Part shown: in pieces, positions 1-8,485 of the stretch | How the letters are laid out: each line of letters begins with the position of its first letter | Numbering within the stretch: position 1 is the first letter of the stretch | Assembly (NCBI GenBank): GCA_964607705.1 | Contig: CAZSLI010000001.1 | Location: 56,193 to 120,192 of the forward strand | Length of the DNA: 64,000 nucleotides | Direction of reading: 5' to 3' | Source of the DNA: an uncultured Eubacteriales bacterium | Lineage (GTDB): Bacteria; Actinomycetota; Coriobacteriia; Anaerosomatales; PHET01 | Made by a program: the position numbers and the translations under genes | The notes under the pieces: generated by a model | The model's database searches: none | Told to the model about the DNA's origin: nothing | Seen by the model: only the letters and a program-made list of their open reading frames with translations

Positions 1-1
1 C

Positions 2-589
2 GTCGGGCTCGGTGGCCAGGAGTCCACGCCGCTCTCGCGCTTCAGCCGAGGCATGCTCCAGCGCCTCGGTCTCGCACAGGCGATGCTCGGCTCGCCCGCG
101 GTCATCGTGCTCGACGAGCCGGCGTCCGGCTTGGATCCCGTCGGCCAGCGCGACGTCCGCAACCTGATGCTCGATCTGCGCGCGGCGGGCGCCACTGTGC
201 TGCTGTCGTCACATCAGCTCTCCGAGGTCGAGGCCGTCTGCGACGAGGTGACGATCCTCAACCGCGGTCTTGTCGCAGCCCGCGGGCACATCGACGACCT
301 GCTGAATGTCGCGGGTCAGACGGCGGTAAGGGCCTCGGGCGAGGGGGACTTGCCTTCGGGCGTCGCCGGGCTCATCACCGATCAGGCGTTCGGCGGCGGG
401 TCGTGGAGCTTCTCGATAGCCGACAGCGATGTCCGACGCGTCGTCGATGGTTTGGACGACGCCGGTTGGCGCATCCTCTCAGTCCAGCCCAAGCGTGATT
501 CGCTCGAGGACTACTTCGCCAAGATGCTCGGTGAGTCCGCCGAGCCGCTCGAAACCTCGAGCGACTCCAAGGCGGGTGAGGCTGCATGA
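2..589 (+). CDS. ABC transporter ATP-binding protein (5' end cut by window edge)
   Basis: The frame is open from base 2. It carries an ABC signature-like FSRGMLQRLGLA, Walker B VIVLDEPASGLD and H-loop SSHQL. The stop overlaps the next start (ATGA at 586-589). Confidence 0.85.
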   Translation, partial: VGLGGQESTPLSRFSRGMLQRLGLAQAMLGSPAVIVLDEPASGLDPVGQRDVRNLMLDLRAAGATVLLSSHQLSEVEAVCDEVTILNRGLVAARGHIDDLLNVAGQTAVRASGEGDLPSGVAGLITDQAFGGGSWSFSIADSDVRRVVDGLDDAGWRILSVQPKRDSLEDYFAKMLGESAEPLETSSDSKAGEAA

Positions 590-1320
590 GGGCCACATTC
601 GCGATCGCACGAGCGGTGGTGACCGACGCCGTCCGCCGCAAGGTGGTGTGGGCCGTCGCCGTCTTCGCCGCGCTGCTGGCATTCGCAGTCCCGTCCCTGC
701 CCAGCTACGGCCAGGGAGTCGTCGGCGCGGTCTACCGAGAGGTCACGATCGCGCTCATGTACGCTGCCGCTCTCGTCGTCGCCCTGGCGCTCTCCGCTAC
801 GCGCATTCCGGCAGAGGTCGAGCGCCGCACGGTGTTCAGCATCCTCGCGCGCGACGTCCGTCGCTGGCAGTACGTGGCCGGCAGTTGGGCGGGCATGCTG
901 GTCGTGGTAGGTGCCGCACTTCTGGCGTTCAGCGCGGTAGCCATGGGAGTCGGGTTCTACGTCTACCACGAGGTGATGTGGCGCCTGCTCGAGGGTGCGC
1001 TCGGCGTGTGGCTCGAGATGGGCGTCATCATGGCGTTCACGGTCATGCTGTCGACGCGTTTCGGGCCCATCACATCCGTTGTCGGGACGCTTGCCTTCGT
1101 GTTCATCGGGCACTCGTACGTCGGCTTGCTCTACCACGGCGAAGGGGTGACGGCGCCGTGGTACCTGCCGTCACTTGAGCCGTTCAACATCATCAATCCT
1201 GTCGCGCACGGAGCGGGCTACTCGGCGGTCTACGCCCTTGGGATGCTCGGGGCCTTCGCGGCATGGAGCGCCCTGCTGCTCATCGGTGGCGGCGTGCTGT
1301 TCGCGGGGCGGGACTTGTGA
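586..1320 (+). CDS. ABC-2-type transporter permease-like membrane protein
   Basis: 244 aa with several hydrophobic helices. It is translationally coupled to the upstream ABC ATPase. No specific motif was recognised. Confidence 0.6.
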   Translation: MRATFAIARAVVTDAVRRKVVWAVAVFAALLAFAVPSLPSYGQGVVGAVYREVTIALMYAAALVVALALSATRIPAEVERRTVFSILARDVRRWQYVAGSWAGMLVVVGAALLAFSAVAMGVGFYVYHEVMWRLLEGALGVWLEMGVIMAFTVMLSTRFGPITSVVGTLAFVFIGHSYVGLLYHGEGVTAPWYLPSLEPFNIINPVAHGAGYSAVYALGMLGAFAAWSALLLIGGGVLFAGRDL

Positions 1321-2000
1321 GCGCGCTCGGGACGCGCGCCCGCATGACGCTGGTCGTGGTCGCGCTCGTCGGCGTGCTCCTGCTCTCGCAGGCCCTTGTG
1401 GCCGTGACCGCGCCCGCGGGCGGGCGTGCGGAAACCGGGCGACTCCTCGGCAAGACCGGGTTCGCGTTCTTGGGCGGGCTGCGGACGTTCGCGGCGGCAG
1501 TGCTCTGGAACCGGCTCGAGCCGCAGTTCCACGAGTACTATGGCGGCGTGGCGCTCGCCGACCAGCTGTACGCGCTACCGGCGATGGAGCTCATCCAGCG
1601 CCTGGACCCGCAGTTCTTGCAGGTCTACTACATCTCGTCATGGCAGCTGGCCACCAGGGGAGACATGAAGCGGGCGCTCGAAGAGGCCCGTCTGGGCGTT
1701 GCCAACAATCCGGACTCCGGGCTGCTCAGAGCGAACCTCGCGCAGATACTGATGGTGCAGGACAAGAAGAAGAACCTGCCTGAGATGGTCGAGCAAGCCA
1801 ACCTCGCCCTGTCCGGCGACCTCTACTGGACCAACAAAGATGACCTGTTCGAGTCGCTGGTCATCTTCCGAACGGTGTACTCTCTTTCGGGCAACCATGA
1901 TGGCGTCAAGACGATCAACGAGCGTCTCGACGAACTCGTCCCACAAGGATCGAATGCCGCTCCGGTCGACCCTGACACCGTCCCCAGCGCCTTGAGGTAA
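1317..2000 (+). CDS. hypothetical membrane-anchored helical-repeat protein
   Basis: An in-frame GTG at 1317 overlaps the upstream stop (GTGA). It has an N-terminal TM helix (MTLVVVALVGVLLLSQALVAV) followed by a soluble helical region. The ORF track extends to 1263, but that start lies inside the previous gene. Confidence 0.5.
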   Translation: MSALGTRARMTLVVVALVGVLLLSQALVAVTAPAGGRAETGRLLGKTGFAFLGGLRTFAAAVLWNRLEPQFHEYYGGVALADQLYALPAMELIQRLDPQFLQVYYISSWQLATRGDMKRALEEARLGVANNPDSGLLRANLAQILMVQDKKKNLPEMVEQANLALSGDLYWTNKDDLFESLVIFRTVYSLSGNHDGVKTINERLDELVPQGSNAAPVDPDTVPSALR

Positions 2001-2003
2001 TGC

Positions 2004-2498
2004 ATGCCGCTTCTCCGGCCCGTTCATTTCTATCGACACGTCACTGACATCGACCTCGCAGCGCTGCGCGAGATCGGCGTGGACACGTTGCTCATCGACA
2101 TCGACAACACGATCCTGCCGCGCGACACGGGCGAGATCGCCGAGGAGATGTCCGCATGGGCGGAGAAGCTGCTGGGCGAGGGTTTCAAGGTCTGTCTGGT
2201 GTCGAACAACTGGCACGACCACGTGAAGCGCATCGCCGACGCGCTCGGACTGTGCATGGTGCCCCGGGCGCTCAAGCCGCTCCCGTTCGGCTTCCTGCAG
2301 GCCATACGCCTTCTGGGCTCGACACGGTCCTCCACCGCGGTCATCGGCGACCAGATATTCACCGACATCATCGGTGGCAATTCGATAGGCGTGGTGACGG
2401 TGCTGGTCCTGCCTCTGTCCGAGAGCGATCTGCCTCACACGCTCGTGCTGCGCAGGATCGAGCGGTGGTTGATGGCGGGGCGCTCACCCCTGCCGTAG
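2004..2498 (+). CDS. YqeG-family HAD superfamily (IIIA) phosphatase
   Basis: HAD motif I is LIDIDNTILPRD, with downstream VSNN and GDQIFTDI motifs. The yqeG-aroE adjacency is as in Firmicutes. Confidence 0.75.
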   Translation: MPLLRPVHFYRHVTDIDLAALREIGVDTLLIDIDNTILPRDTGEIAEEMSAWAEKLLGEGFKVCLVSNNWHDHVKRIADALGLCMVPRALKPLPFGFLQAIRLLGSTRSSTAVIGDQIFTDIIGGNSIGVVTVLVLPLSESDLPHTLVLRRIERWLMAGRSPLP

Positions 2499-2540
2499 AC
2501 TGCGAGCAACCGGCACTACCGAGCCGACAGGAGACGCACT

Positions 2541-3428
2541 GTGACGACCATCAGCGGGAGCACCCGGCTTGCGGGCGTCATCGGGCACCCCCTGGGACAC
2601 TCGTTGTCGCCGGCGATGCACAATGCCGTGTACGACCACGTCGGTCTCGACTGGGTCTACCTGCCGCTCGAGGTCAAGGACGAGATGGGGCTGAGGCGCC
2701 TGGTCGCCGCGCTCCGTGAACTCGACGTCGTCGGCTTCAATGTCACGATGCCGTTCAAGCAGTCCGTGCTCGAGCTTTGCGACGAAGTCGCCATGGCAGC
2801 GAGCATGGCCGGAGCGGTCAACGCGGTCCATTGCCGCGACGGTCACCTTGTGGGCTACAACACCGATGGCCGAGGACTCCTCGAGGCACTCGAACTGGAG
2901 GCGTCGTTCGTCCCTGTCGACAAGGACGTCGTCGTCTACGGGGCGGGCGGAGCAGCCGCGGCGACCGTCGTCGCTCTCATCCTGGCGCGCGCCAAGAGCG
3001 TCACGATCGTCAATCGCGACTACGAGCGTGCCGAGGAGCTCGTCGATCGCATGCAGCCGCACCTCGGCGTCGTGCAGGGCTCGGCCGTCCACCTGAGCGG
3101 CGCCGAGCAGGCAGTCCGCGCGGCGGACCTGGTCGTCAACGCCACTCCTGTCGGAATGAAGCCGGACGACCCGAGCCCAGTGCCCGTCGAGTGGCTGGGT
3201 CCCGACCAGGTCGTCTACGACATGGTGTACGGCCGGGTGAAGCCCACGGCGCTCGTGGAGGGCGCTCGTGCCGTGGGAGCGACCGCACTCGATGGCCTCG
3301 GCATGCTCGTATGCCAGGGCGCGACGGCGGTCGACATCTGGAACGACAGCAAGCAGTCGCGCACCCCGCGTGACGTGATGAGGAAGGCTGCCGAGGAGGC
3401 GCTCGCGCGCCGCTCGGTCAGAGCGTAG
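2541..3428 (+). CDS. aroE: shikimate dehydrogenase
   Basis: N-terminus GVIGHPLGHSLSPAMHNAVY, then NVTMPFK, GYNTDG and the NADP-binding GAGGAA. GTG start preceded by AGGAG. Confidence 0.9.
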   Translation: MTTISGSTRLAGVIGHPLGHSLSPAMHNAVYDHVGLDWVYLPLEVKDEMGLRRLVAALRELDVVGFNVTMPFKQSVLELCDEVAMAASMAGAVNAVHCRDGHLVGYNTDGRGLLEALELEASFVPVDKDVVVYGAGGAAAATVVALILARAKSVTIVNRDYERAEELVDRMQPHLGVVQGSAVHLSGAEQAVRAADLVVNATPVGMKPDDPSPVPVEWLGPDQVVYDMVYGRVKPTALVEGARAVGATALDGLGMLVCQGATAVDIWNDSKQSRTPRDVMRKAAEEALARRSVRA

Positions 3429-5102
3429 GTGCAGATGTCAGCAGCCATCACCCAAAGACTCGGCCAGCTGCTCGTCAGGGCGGGCGTCATCACCACGGAG
3501 CAGTTGGTCCAGGCGACCGAGCAGGCGCAGGGCCGGCCGCTCCCTGCCGTGCTTGAGGAGCTAGGTTTCGCAACCGAGGTCCTCATCGCCCAGACGGTGG
3601 CCGAGCAGATGGGTCTGCCGTTTGTCGATATCGCGGCCTACGACGTGGATCCCAATGCGGCGATGCTGATCACCACCGACATGATGAAGCGCTACATCGC
3701 GCTCCCGGTGAAACTTGAGGACGAAGAGCTCATCGTTGCCATGGCGGACCCCGCTAACATCTTCGCCATAGACGACCTGCGCATCGTGACCCGCATGGAG
3801 ATCCGCACGGTAGTGGCGGTCGAGAGCGACCTCATCTCGGCCATCGAGCGCTTCATGACGAACCAGACCAACGTCGAGGACATGCTCGGCGACCTCGAGG
3901 ACTCGGTCGTGGTCCGCGAGACCGAGGATGACGAGGGCGGGGAGAACTCCGCCGTCGCCAAGCTCATGAACCAGATCATCACCGACGCCATCAGGCAGGG
4001 CGCGGGCGACATCTACATCGAGCCCTACGAGCACGAGATGCGCGTCCGGTTCAGGATCGATGGCGTGTGCCAGGAGATCTTCTCGTCTCCGAAGAGCCGC
4101 CACCGGCAGCTCATCAGCCGCCTGAAGATCAACTCGGGCATGGACATCGCCGAGCGGCGCATTCCTCAGGACGGCCGATTCGGCGTGGTGCTGGACGGCA
4201 AGTCGGTCGACTTCCGCGTCGCCACGCTGCCCATCGTCCACGGCGAGCTGGCAGTCCTGCGTCTCTTGCGCAAGGACTCGATCATGATGTCGCTCAAGGA
4301 CCTCGGCTTCCTCGAGTACAACATGGAGCGGCTCCTCGGCGCGCTGCAACTGCCCTACGGTGCCATCTTGGTCACCGGACCGACGGGCTCGGGCAAGTCG
4401 ACCACGCTCTACGCCGCCATCAATGAGACGAACGATCCCAAATCGAACCTCATCACGGTCGAGGATCCGGTCGAGTACCGGCTCCCCGGACTGTCCCAGG
4501 TGCACGTGAACGAGAAGGCCGGCCTGAGCTTCGCCGCGGCGCTGCGCTCGATCCTCCGACAGGACCCCGACAAGGTCATGATCGGTGAGATCCGAGACAA
4601 GGAGACCGGCACGATCGCCATCGAGGCGGCGCTCACGGGCCACCTCGTCCTTTCGACGCTGCACACCAACGACGCACCCTCGGCCGTCACTCGTCTGACC
4701 GAGATGGGCATCGAACCGTTCCTGACCGCCTCGGCGGTCACGCTCGTGCTCGCCCAGCGCCTCGCCCGGCGGCTGTGCACCGAGTGCCGGGAGCAGTACA
4801 CGCCCGACGAGGCTGCGCTCGACCGAATCGGTTTTCCCTACGAACCCGGCCGTGCGCCCAAGGTCTATCGTGCGAAGGGCTGCAAGAAGTGCAACGGCAT
4901 CGGCTACAAGGGCCGCATGGGCGTGCATGAGGTCATGACGATGTCCGAGACGCTCGAGCGTCTGACAGTCGAGAATGCGTCGTCGGATGAGATCAAGCGC
5001 GTCGCGATCGCCGAGGGCATGCTCACCCTGCGAGACGACGGCTTCTCCAAGGTGAAGCTCGGCCAGACGTCGATAGAGGAGATCCTGCGCGTCGTCGTGT
5101 GA
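3429..5102 (+). CDS. type IV pilus assembly ATPase, PilB/GspE family (paralog 1)
   Basis: 557 aa. It has an N-terminal T2SSE_N/MshEN-like RLGQLLVRAGVIT, Walker A GPTGSGKST, Walker B VMIGEIRD, His box GHLVLSTLHTND and a tetracysteine CTEC...CKKC. Confidence 0.9.
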   Translation: MQMSAAITQRLGQLLVRAGVITTEQLVQATEQAQGRPLPAVLEELGFATEVLIAQTVAEQMGLPFVDIAAYDVDPNAAMLITTDMMKRYIALPVKLEDEELIVAMADPANIFAIDDLRIVTRMEIRTVVAVESDLISAIERFMTNQTNVEDMLGDLEDSVVVRETEDDEGGENSAVAKLMNQIITDAIRQGAGDIYIEPYEHEMRVRFRIDGVCQEIFSSPKSRHRQLISRLKINSGMDIAERRIPQDGRFGVVLDGKSVDFRVATLPIVHGELAVLRLLRKDSIMMSLKDLGFLEYNMERLLGALQLPYGAILVTGPTGSGKSTTLYAAINETNDPKSNLITVEDPVEYRLPGLSQVHVNEKAGLSFAAALRSILRQDPDKVMIGEIRDKETGTIAIEAALTGHLVLSTLHTNDAPSAVTRLTEMGIEPFLTASAVTLVLAQRLARRLCTECREQYTPDEAALDRIGFPYEPGRAPKVYRAKGCKKCNGIGYKGRMGVHEVMTMSETLERLTVENASSDEIKRVAIAEGMLTLRDDGFSKVKLGQTSIEEILRVVV

Positions 5103-5121
5103 TGCGCGGCACACGCACCGC

Positions 5122-5187
5122 GGTTTTCGAGGGGTTTCAGCGCGCGCGTTCGGTTGTTTCAGCAGGGGGTTCATGAGAGTATGAACC
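5122..5187. promoter_or_regulatory. repeat boxes and 7-6-7 palindrome upstream of the Roadblock-GTPase operon
   Basis: GTTTCAGC occurs twice (5134-5141 and 5156-5163). Related GGTTTTCGA (5122) and GGTTCATGA (5168) flank these. There is a perfect inverted repeat GGTTCAT-N6-ATGAACC at 5168-5187. Confidence 0.3.
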
Positions 5188-5267
5188 GACTCGTCCACAG
5201 GCGGGCTTGTTGGCGTGCGCCCGCTGGCGAAAGACGATCCCAGAGCCCCGTGGGAGGTGCTCGTTTC

Positions 5268-5861
5268 ATGGCAGACAACGCGTTCGGCGACTTCTTCTTG
5301 AGCGACGCCGATGATGAGCTGCTCGAAGAGGACGATGAGCTGATCGCGGCACCCGTGGTCGTCCCTGCGGCGCCCGTGGCGGCGCCTGTTTCAGCTCCGG
5401 CGCCGGTCGCCGCTCCCAGTCCGGTACCTGCACCGGCTCCGGTCGCGGCCGCACCGGCACCTGCGGCACGGCCCGCGGCTGCGACGCACCAGCTGACGCG
5501 TGAGGAACGCCTCGCGGGTGCACTCAACCAGCTCATGGACGACAACCAGGAGATTCAAGCAGCCGCGCTCGTATCGCTCGACGGGTTCACCATGGCCTCC
5601 GCGTTGCCCGAGGGCATGGAAGAGGACCGCGTCGGTGCGATGTCGGCCGCGATCCTCGGTCTCGGCGAGCGCGCAGCCGCCGAGTTGGGCCGGGGAGCCC
5701 TCTCGCAGGTGTTCATCGAGGGAGACGACGGGTACGTGCTGCTGATGGCGGCGGGCGAGCGTGCGGTGCTCACCTGCCTTGCGGATTCCGAGGCGAAGCT
5801 CGGTCTCGTGCTGTACGACATGCGCGCTGCGGCCGAGGCGATCGGCGAGGTCCTCGGCTAG
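5268..5861 (+). CDS. Roadblock/LC7 (MglB/CvnB-like) domain protein with Ala/Pro-rich N-terminal extension
   Basis: The C-terminal ~110 aa read LNQLMDDNQEIQAAALVSLDGFTMAS...VFIEGDDGYVLLMAAGERAVL, typical of Roadblock/LC7. ATG 5268 is preceded by GGGAGG. The longer ORF from 5154 was rejected. Confidence 0.75.
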   Translation: MADNAFGDFFLSDADDELLEEDDELIAAPVVVPAAPVAAPVSAPAPVAAPSPVPAPAPVAAAPAPAARPAAATHQLTREERLAGALNQLMDDNQEIQAAALVSLDGFTMASALPEGMEEDRVGAMSAAILGLGERAAAELGRGALSQVFIEGDDGYVLLMAAGERAVLTCLADSEAKLGLVLYDMRAAAEAIGEVLG

Positions 5862-5907
5862 TGACGCGGGGACGAACCACCACATCTGAAGGACACGGAC
5901 GTAGAGC

Positions 5908-7938
5908 ATGGCGCTGAGGGGCAACCTCAAGGACTTCAGCCTTCCCGACGTATTCCAGCTGGTGACCTTCAGCCGGAAGACGGGGGTTCTGCGCATCACG
6001 CGCGAGGATGGCGTCGAAGGCACCGTCTGGTTCCGAGATGGTGACGTCTTCTTCGCCTCGTCCAATTGGCACGCCGACCCTCTGGGCCAGCGACTCGTGC
6101 GTGCACAGCGCATCACGCCGCAGGCTCTCAAGAGAGCGCTCGAGCTGCGCTCCGCCGAGGCGCAGGATGGCAGGCGACTCGGCCAGATCCTGATCGACGA
6201 GGGCTACATCACGGACAAGGTGCTCGAGGAGTTCGTCTCCGAGCAGATCCAGGACACCATCTTCGACCTCATGCGCTGGGACGAGGGCGAGTTCGACTTC
6301 GAAGCGATGCCCGAGGTCGCCGAGGAGGACATCGGCCTCTCCGTCTCCATAGAGAACGTCGTGATGGAGGGTGCGCGCCGGCTCGAGGAATGGAACCGCA
6401 TCAAGAAGAAGATCCCGTCGATGGACGTGGTCTTCAAGATGGCGACGGCTCCCGGCGAGGGCACGTTCGAGATCTCGCTCAAGCCTACCGAGTGGCAGTT
6501 GCTGCTTCTCATCGACGGCACCAGGTCGGTCGCGGAGCTCGCCGTCGAGACGCACAGGACCGACTTCGACGTCGCCCGTATCATCTATGGCCTCTTCAGC
6601 GCCGGTCTGCTCGAGTTCGCCACCGAGGAGGAGATCGAGCACAACCGCGCCGAACGCGCCGAGCGGGAGGCGAAGCTCGCCGAGATCGAGGCTGCGCGCA
6701 AGGCCGCCGAGGAGGCCGCCAAGGCTGCGGCGCTTGAGCGCGAGGCCAAGCTGGCGGCCGAGGCGGAGGCGCGCGTACGTGCCGAGGCGGCTGCAATGGC
6801 GGCCGCGGAGACACCAGCCGAGGCATCGCCCGCACCCGAGCGCGTCCCGGAATCCACCGAGGTTCCCGAGTTCCTCGGCGGCTCCACGATCGCTCCGACG
6901 GCTGACGACCAGTCGGTCCTCGAGGAGTTCATGGGAGCGGTGCTCCAGAAGCCGGGTACCGCGCCTGCGCCGGCTCCGCAAGCTGCCAAGCCCGAGCCCG
7001 CGCCGGTTCCGCACGTGCCCGCCGACGAGCCCGCGTTCATGTCGGCGCCGCTTGAGGACGAGGGCGAGGCCACGGTTGGGGCGGCGTCCATCGCCGGTCT
7101 CCTCGGCATCGAGGCCGCGCCCGTGGCGCCGACCTACGAGCCGGCGGTCACGGCCGAGCCGGCGCCCGCCGTCGAGCCCGAGGCCGCACTTGCCCCGGAG
7201 CCCGAAATGGGACCCGCACCCGAGCCCGCGCCTGTGGTCGAGTATGCGCCCGAACCCGTTTCGGAGCCGGAGTTCTTCACGCCAGAGTCCGCCGTCGAGG
7301 CCCAGGTCCCCGCAGCAGCCGACGCCGAGCCGGCGTTCGAGCAGGACCTCATGGCGCTCGGACTCGGCGAGTTGCCCGCAGACCTGCTCGCGCCCGTGAC
7401 AGTCGAGCCCGAACCTCAGCCCGAGCTCATCGAGCTTGAGCCGGTCGCCGAGCCGATGTCCCAGCAGGACTCGATCGCCGATGATCTGTCGGCGCTCGTA
7501 GGAGACCTGGGACTTCCCACCGAGGTGCCGCCCGCCGTGGCGGAGCCTGCGGAGGCCGCGACGGTCGAGCCGGACTTCTCGGCATTGCTCGAGTCGCTGG
7601 ACGTGGACGCGGTCGAGGCGGAGCCCGTGGAGGAGCTTGCTCCTGAGGAACGCGGCTTCGATGTCGAGCTGCTGGTCGAGGACGAGGCCCCCGCACCTGC
7701 CGGCGGCGTCATCTCGACAGACGCGTTCCTCGACGACATCACCATCGAGGACATGGGCTTCTCTGGCGGGCTCAACGATGAGCTTTCCGCGCTGACAGGC
7801 GCCGACCGCCGAGGACCCGTGCGCCCGCAAGCGAGCGTCAACGCGATACCTGACAACGATGGAGCCGTCTTGAAGCGCGATGCGCGTGTCGACAAGGACA
7901 CCGTGCTCAAGATCATCGACGGCATCAAGAACCTGTAG
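5908..7938 (+). CDS. DUF4388 (PATAN) domain protein with coiled-coil segment and long acidic Pro/Ala/Glu-rich region
   Basis: The N-terminus LRGNLKDFSLPDVFQLVTFSRKTGVLRI...VWFRDGDVFFA matches the DUF4388 signature. It continues with the charged repeat AEREAKLAEIEAARKAAEEAAKAAALEREAKLAAEAEARV, then ~350 aa of low complexity. Confidence 0.75.
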   Translation: MALRGNLKDFSLPDVFQLVTFSRKTGVLRITREDGVEGTVWFRDGDVFFASSNWHADPLGQRLVRAQRITPQALKRALELRSAEAQDGRRLGQILIDEGYITDKVLEEFVSEQIQDTIFDLMRWDEGEFDFEAMPEVAEEDIGLSVSIENVVMEGARRLEEWNRIKKKIPSMDVVFKMATAPGEGTFEISLKPTEWQLLLLIDGTRSVAELAVETHRTDFDVARIIYGLFSAGLLEFATEEEIEHNRAERAEREAKLAEIEAARKAAEEAAKAAALEREAKLAAEAEARVRAEAAAMAAAETPAEASPAPERVPESTEVPEFLGGSTIAPTADDQSVLEEFMGAVLQKPGTAPAPAPQAAKPEPAPVPHVPADEPAFMSAPLEDEGEATVGAASIAGLLGIEAAPVAPTYEPAVTAEPAPAVEPEAALAPEPEMGPAPEPAPVVEYAPEPVSEPEFFTPESAVEAQVPAAADAEPAFEQDLMALGLGELPADLLAPVTVEPEPQPELIELEPVAEPMSQQDSIADDLSALVGDLGLPTEVPPAVAEPAEAATVEPDFSALLESLDVDAVEAEPVEELAPEERGFDVELLVEDEAPAPAGGVISTDAFLDDITIEDMGFSGGLNDELSALTGADRRGPVRPQASVNAIPDNDGAVLKRDARVDKDTVLKIIDGIKNL

Positions 7939-7951
7939 CGGAAGGGCAGCG

Positions 7952-8479
7952 ATGCAGTCCGTCAAAGTAGTCGTGACCGGGCCATTCAACGCCGGCAAGA
8001 CCACGTTCATCAAGGCAGTCAGCGAGATCACCGTGCTCTCTACCGAGCGCCAGGTGAGCGACGCGTCAGGCGAGGGCGGGGGAGAGACCACCGTCGCCAT
8101 GGACTTTGGCCGCATCACGGTCTCCGATGATGTCGTCCTCTATCTCTTCGGCACGCCGGGTCAGGCACGCTTCTCGTTCATGTGGGAGACGCTGTCCGAA
8201 GGTATGCTCGGCTTCGTGCTCCTCGTGGATGCCACCGCGCCGGAAACGATGGCCGACGCCAAGGAGATGATCGACTTCTTCACGCAGATGTCGGACGTCC
8301 CCTTCGTCGTCGCCGCCAACAAGGTCGACGCCGACGATACCGAGACCATCCGCCAGGTGCGCACCGAACTGGCTCTTCCCGATCGGGTCCCGCTGCTTCC
8401 CGTCGATGCCCGCGACAAGGACTCCGTCAAGGCCGTCCTGCTGGGACTGCTGTACGAGATCCTCGAAAGCATGGGGTAG
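7952..8479 (+). CDS. small Ras-like GTPase, MglA/CvnD-like
   Basis: G1 GPFNAGKT, switch I TTVAMDFG, G3 FGTPGQ and G4 NKVD. 175 aa from ATG 7952, which is preceded by GGAAGGG. Confidence 0.8.
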   Translation: MQSVKVVVTGPFNAGKTTFIKAVSEITVLSTERQVSDASGEGGGETTVAMDFGRITVSDDVVLYLFGTPGQARFSFMWETLSEGMLGFVLLVDATAPETMADAKEMIDFFTQMSDVPFVVAANKVDADDTETIRQVRTELALPDRVPLLPVDARDKDSVKAVLLGLLYEILESMG

Positions 8480-8485
8480 GAGCGG

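Noticed and set aside
3429-5102. pilB1, considered as the missing PilT retraction ATPase.
   Set aside because: At 557 aa, with the full N-terminal T2SSE_N/MshEN-like domain and the tetracysteine motif, it has the PilB/GspE architecture rather than the ~350-aa PilT architecture.
5770-8118. A 782-aa ORF on the minus strand, antisense to the Roadblock, DUF4388 and GTPase genes.
   Set aside because: This is a mirror-frame artefact of GC-rich coding DNA. The translation is Arg/Gly/Leu/Asp-rich low complexity with no recognisable motif, no RBS and no plausible start context. The plus-strand genes carry clear family signatures.
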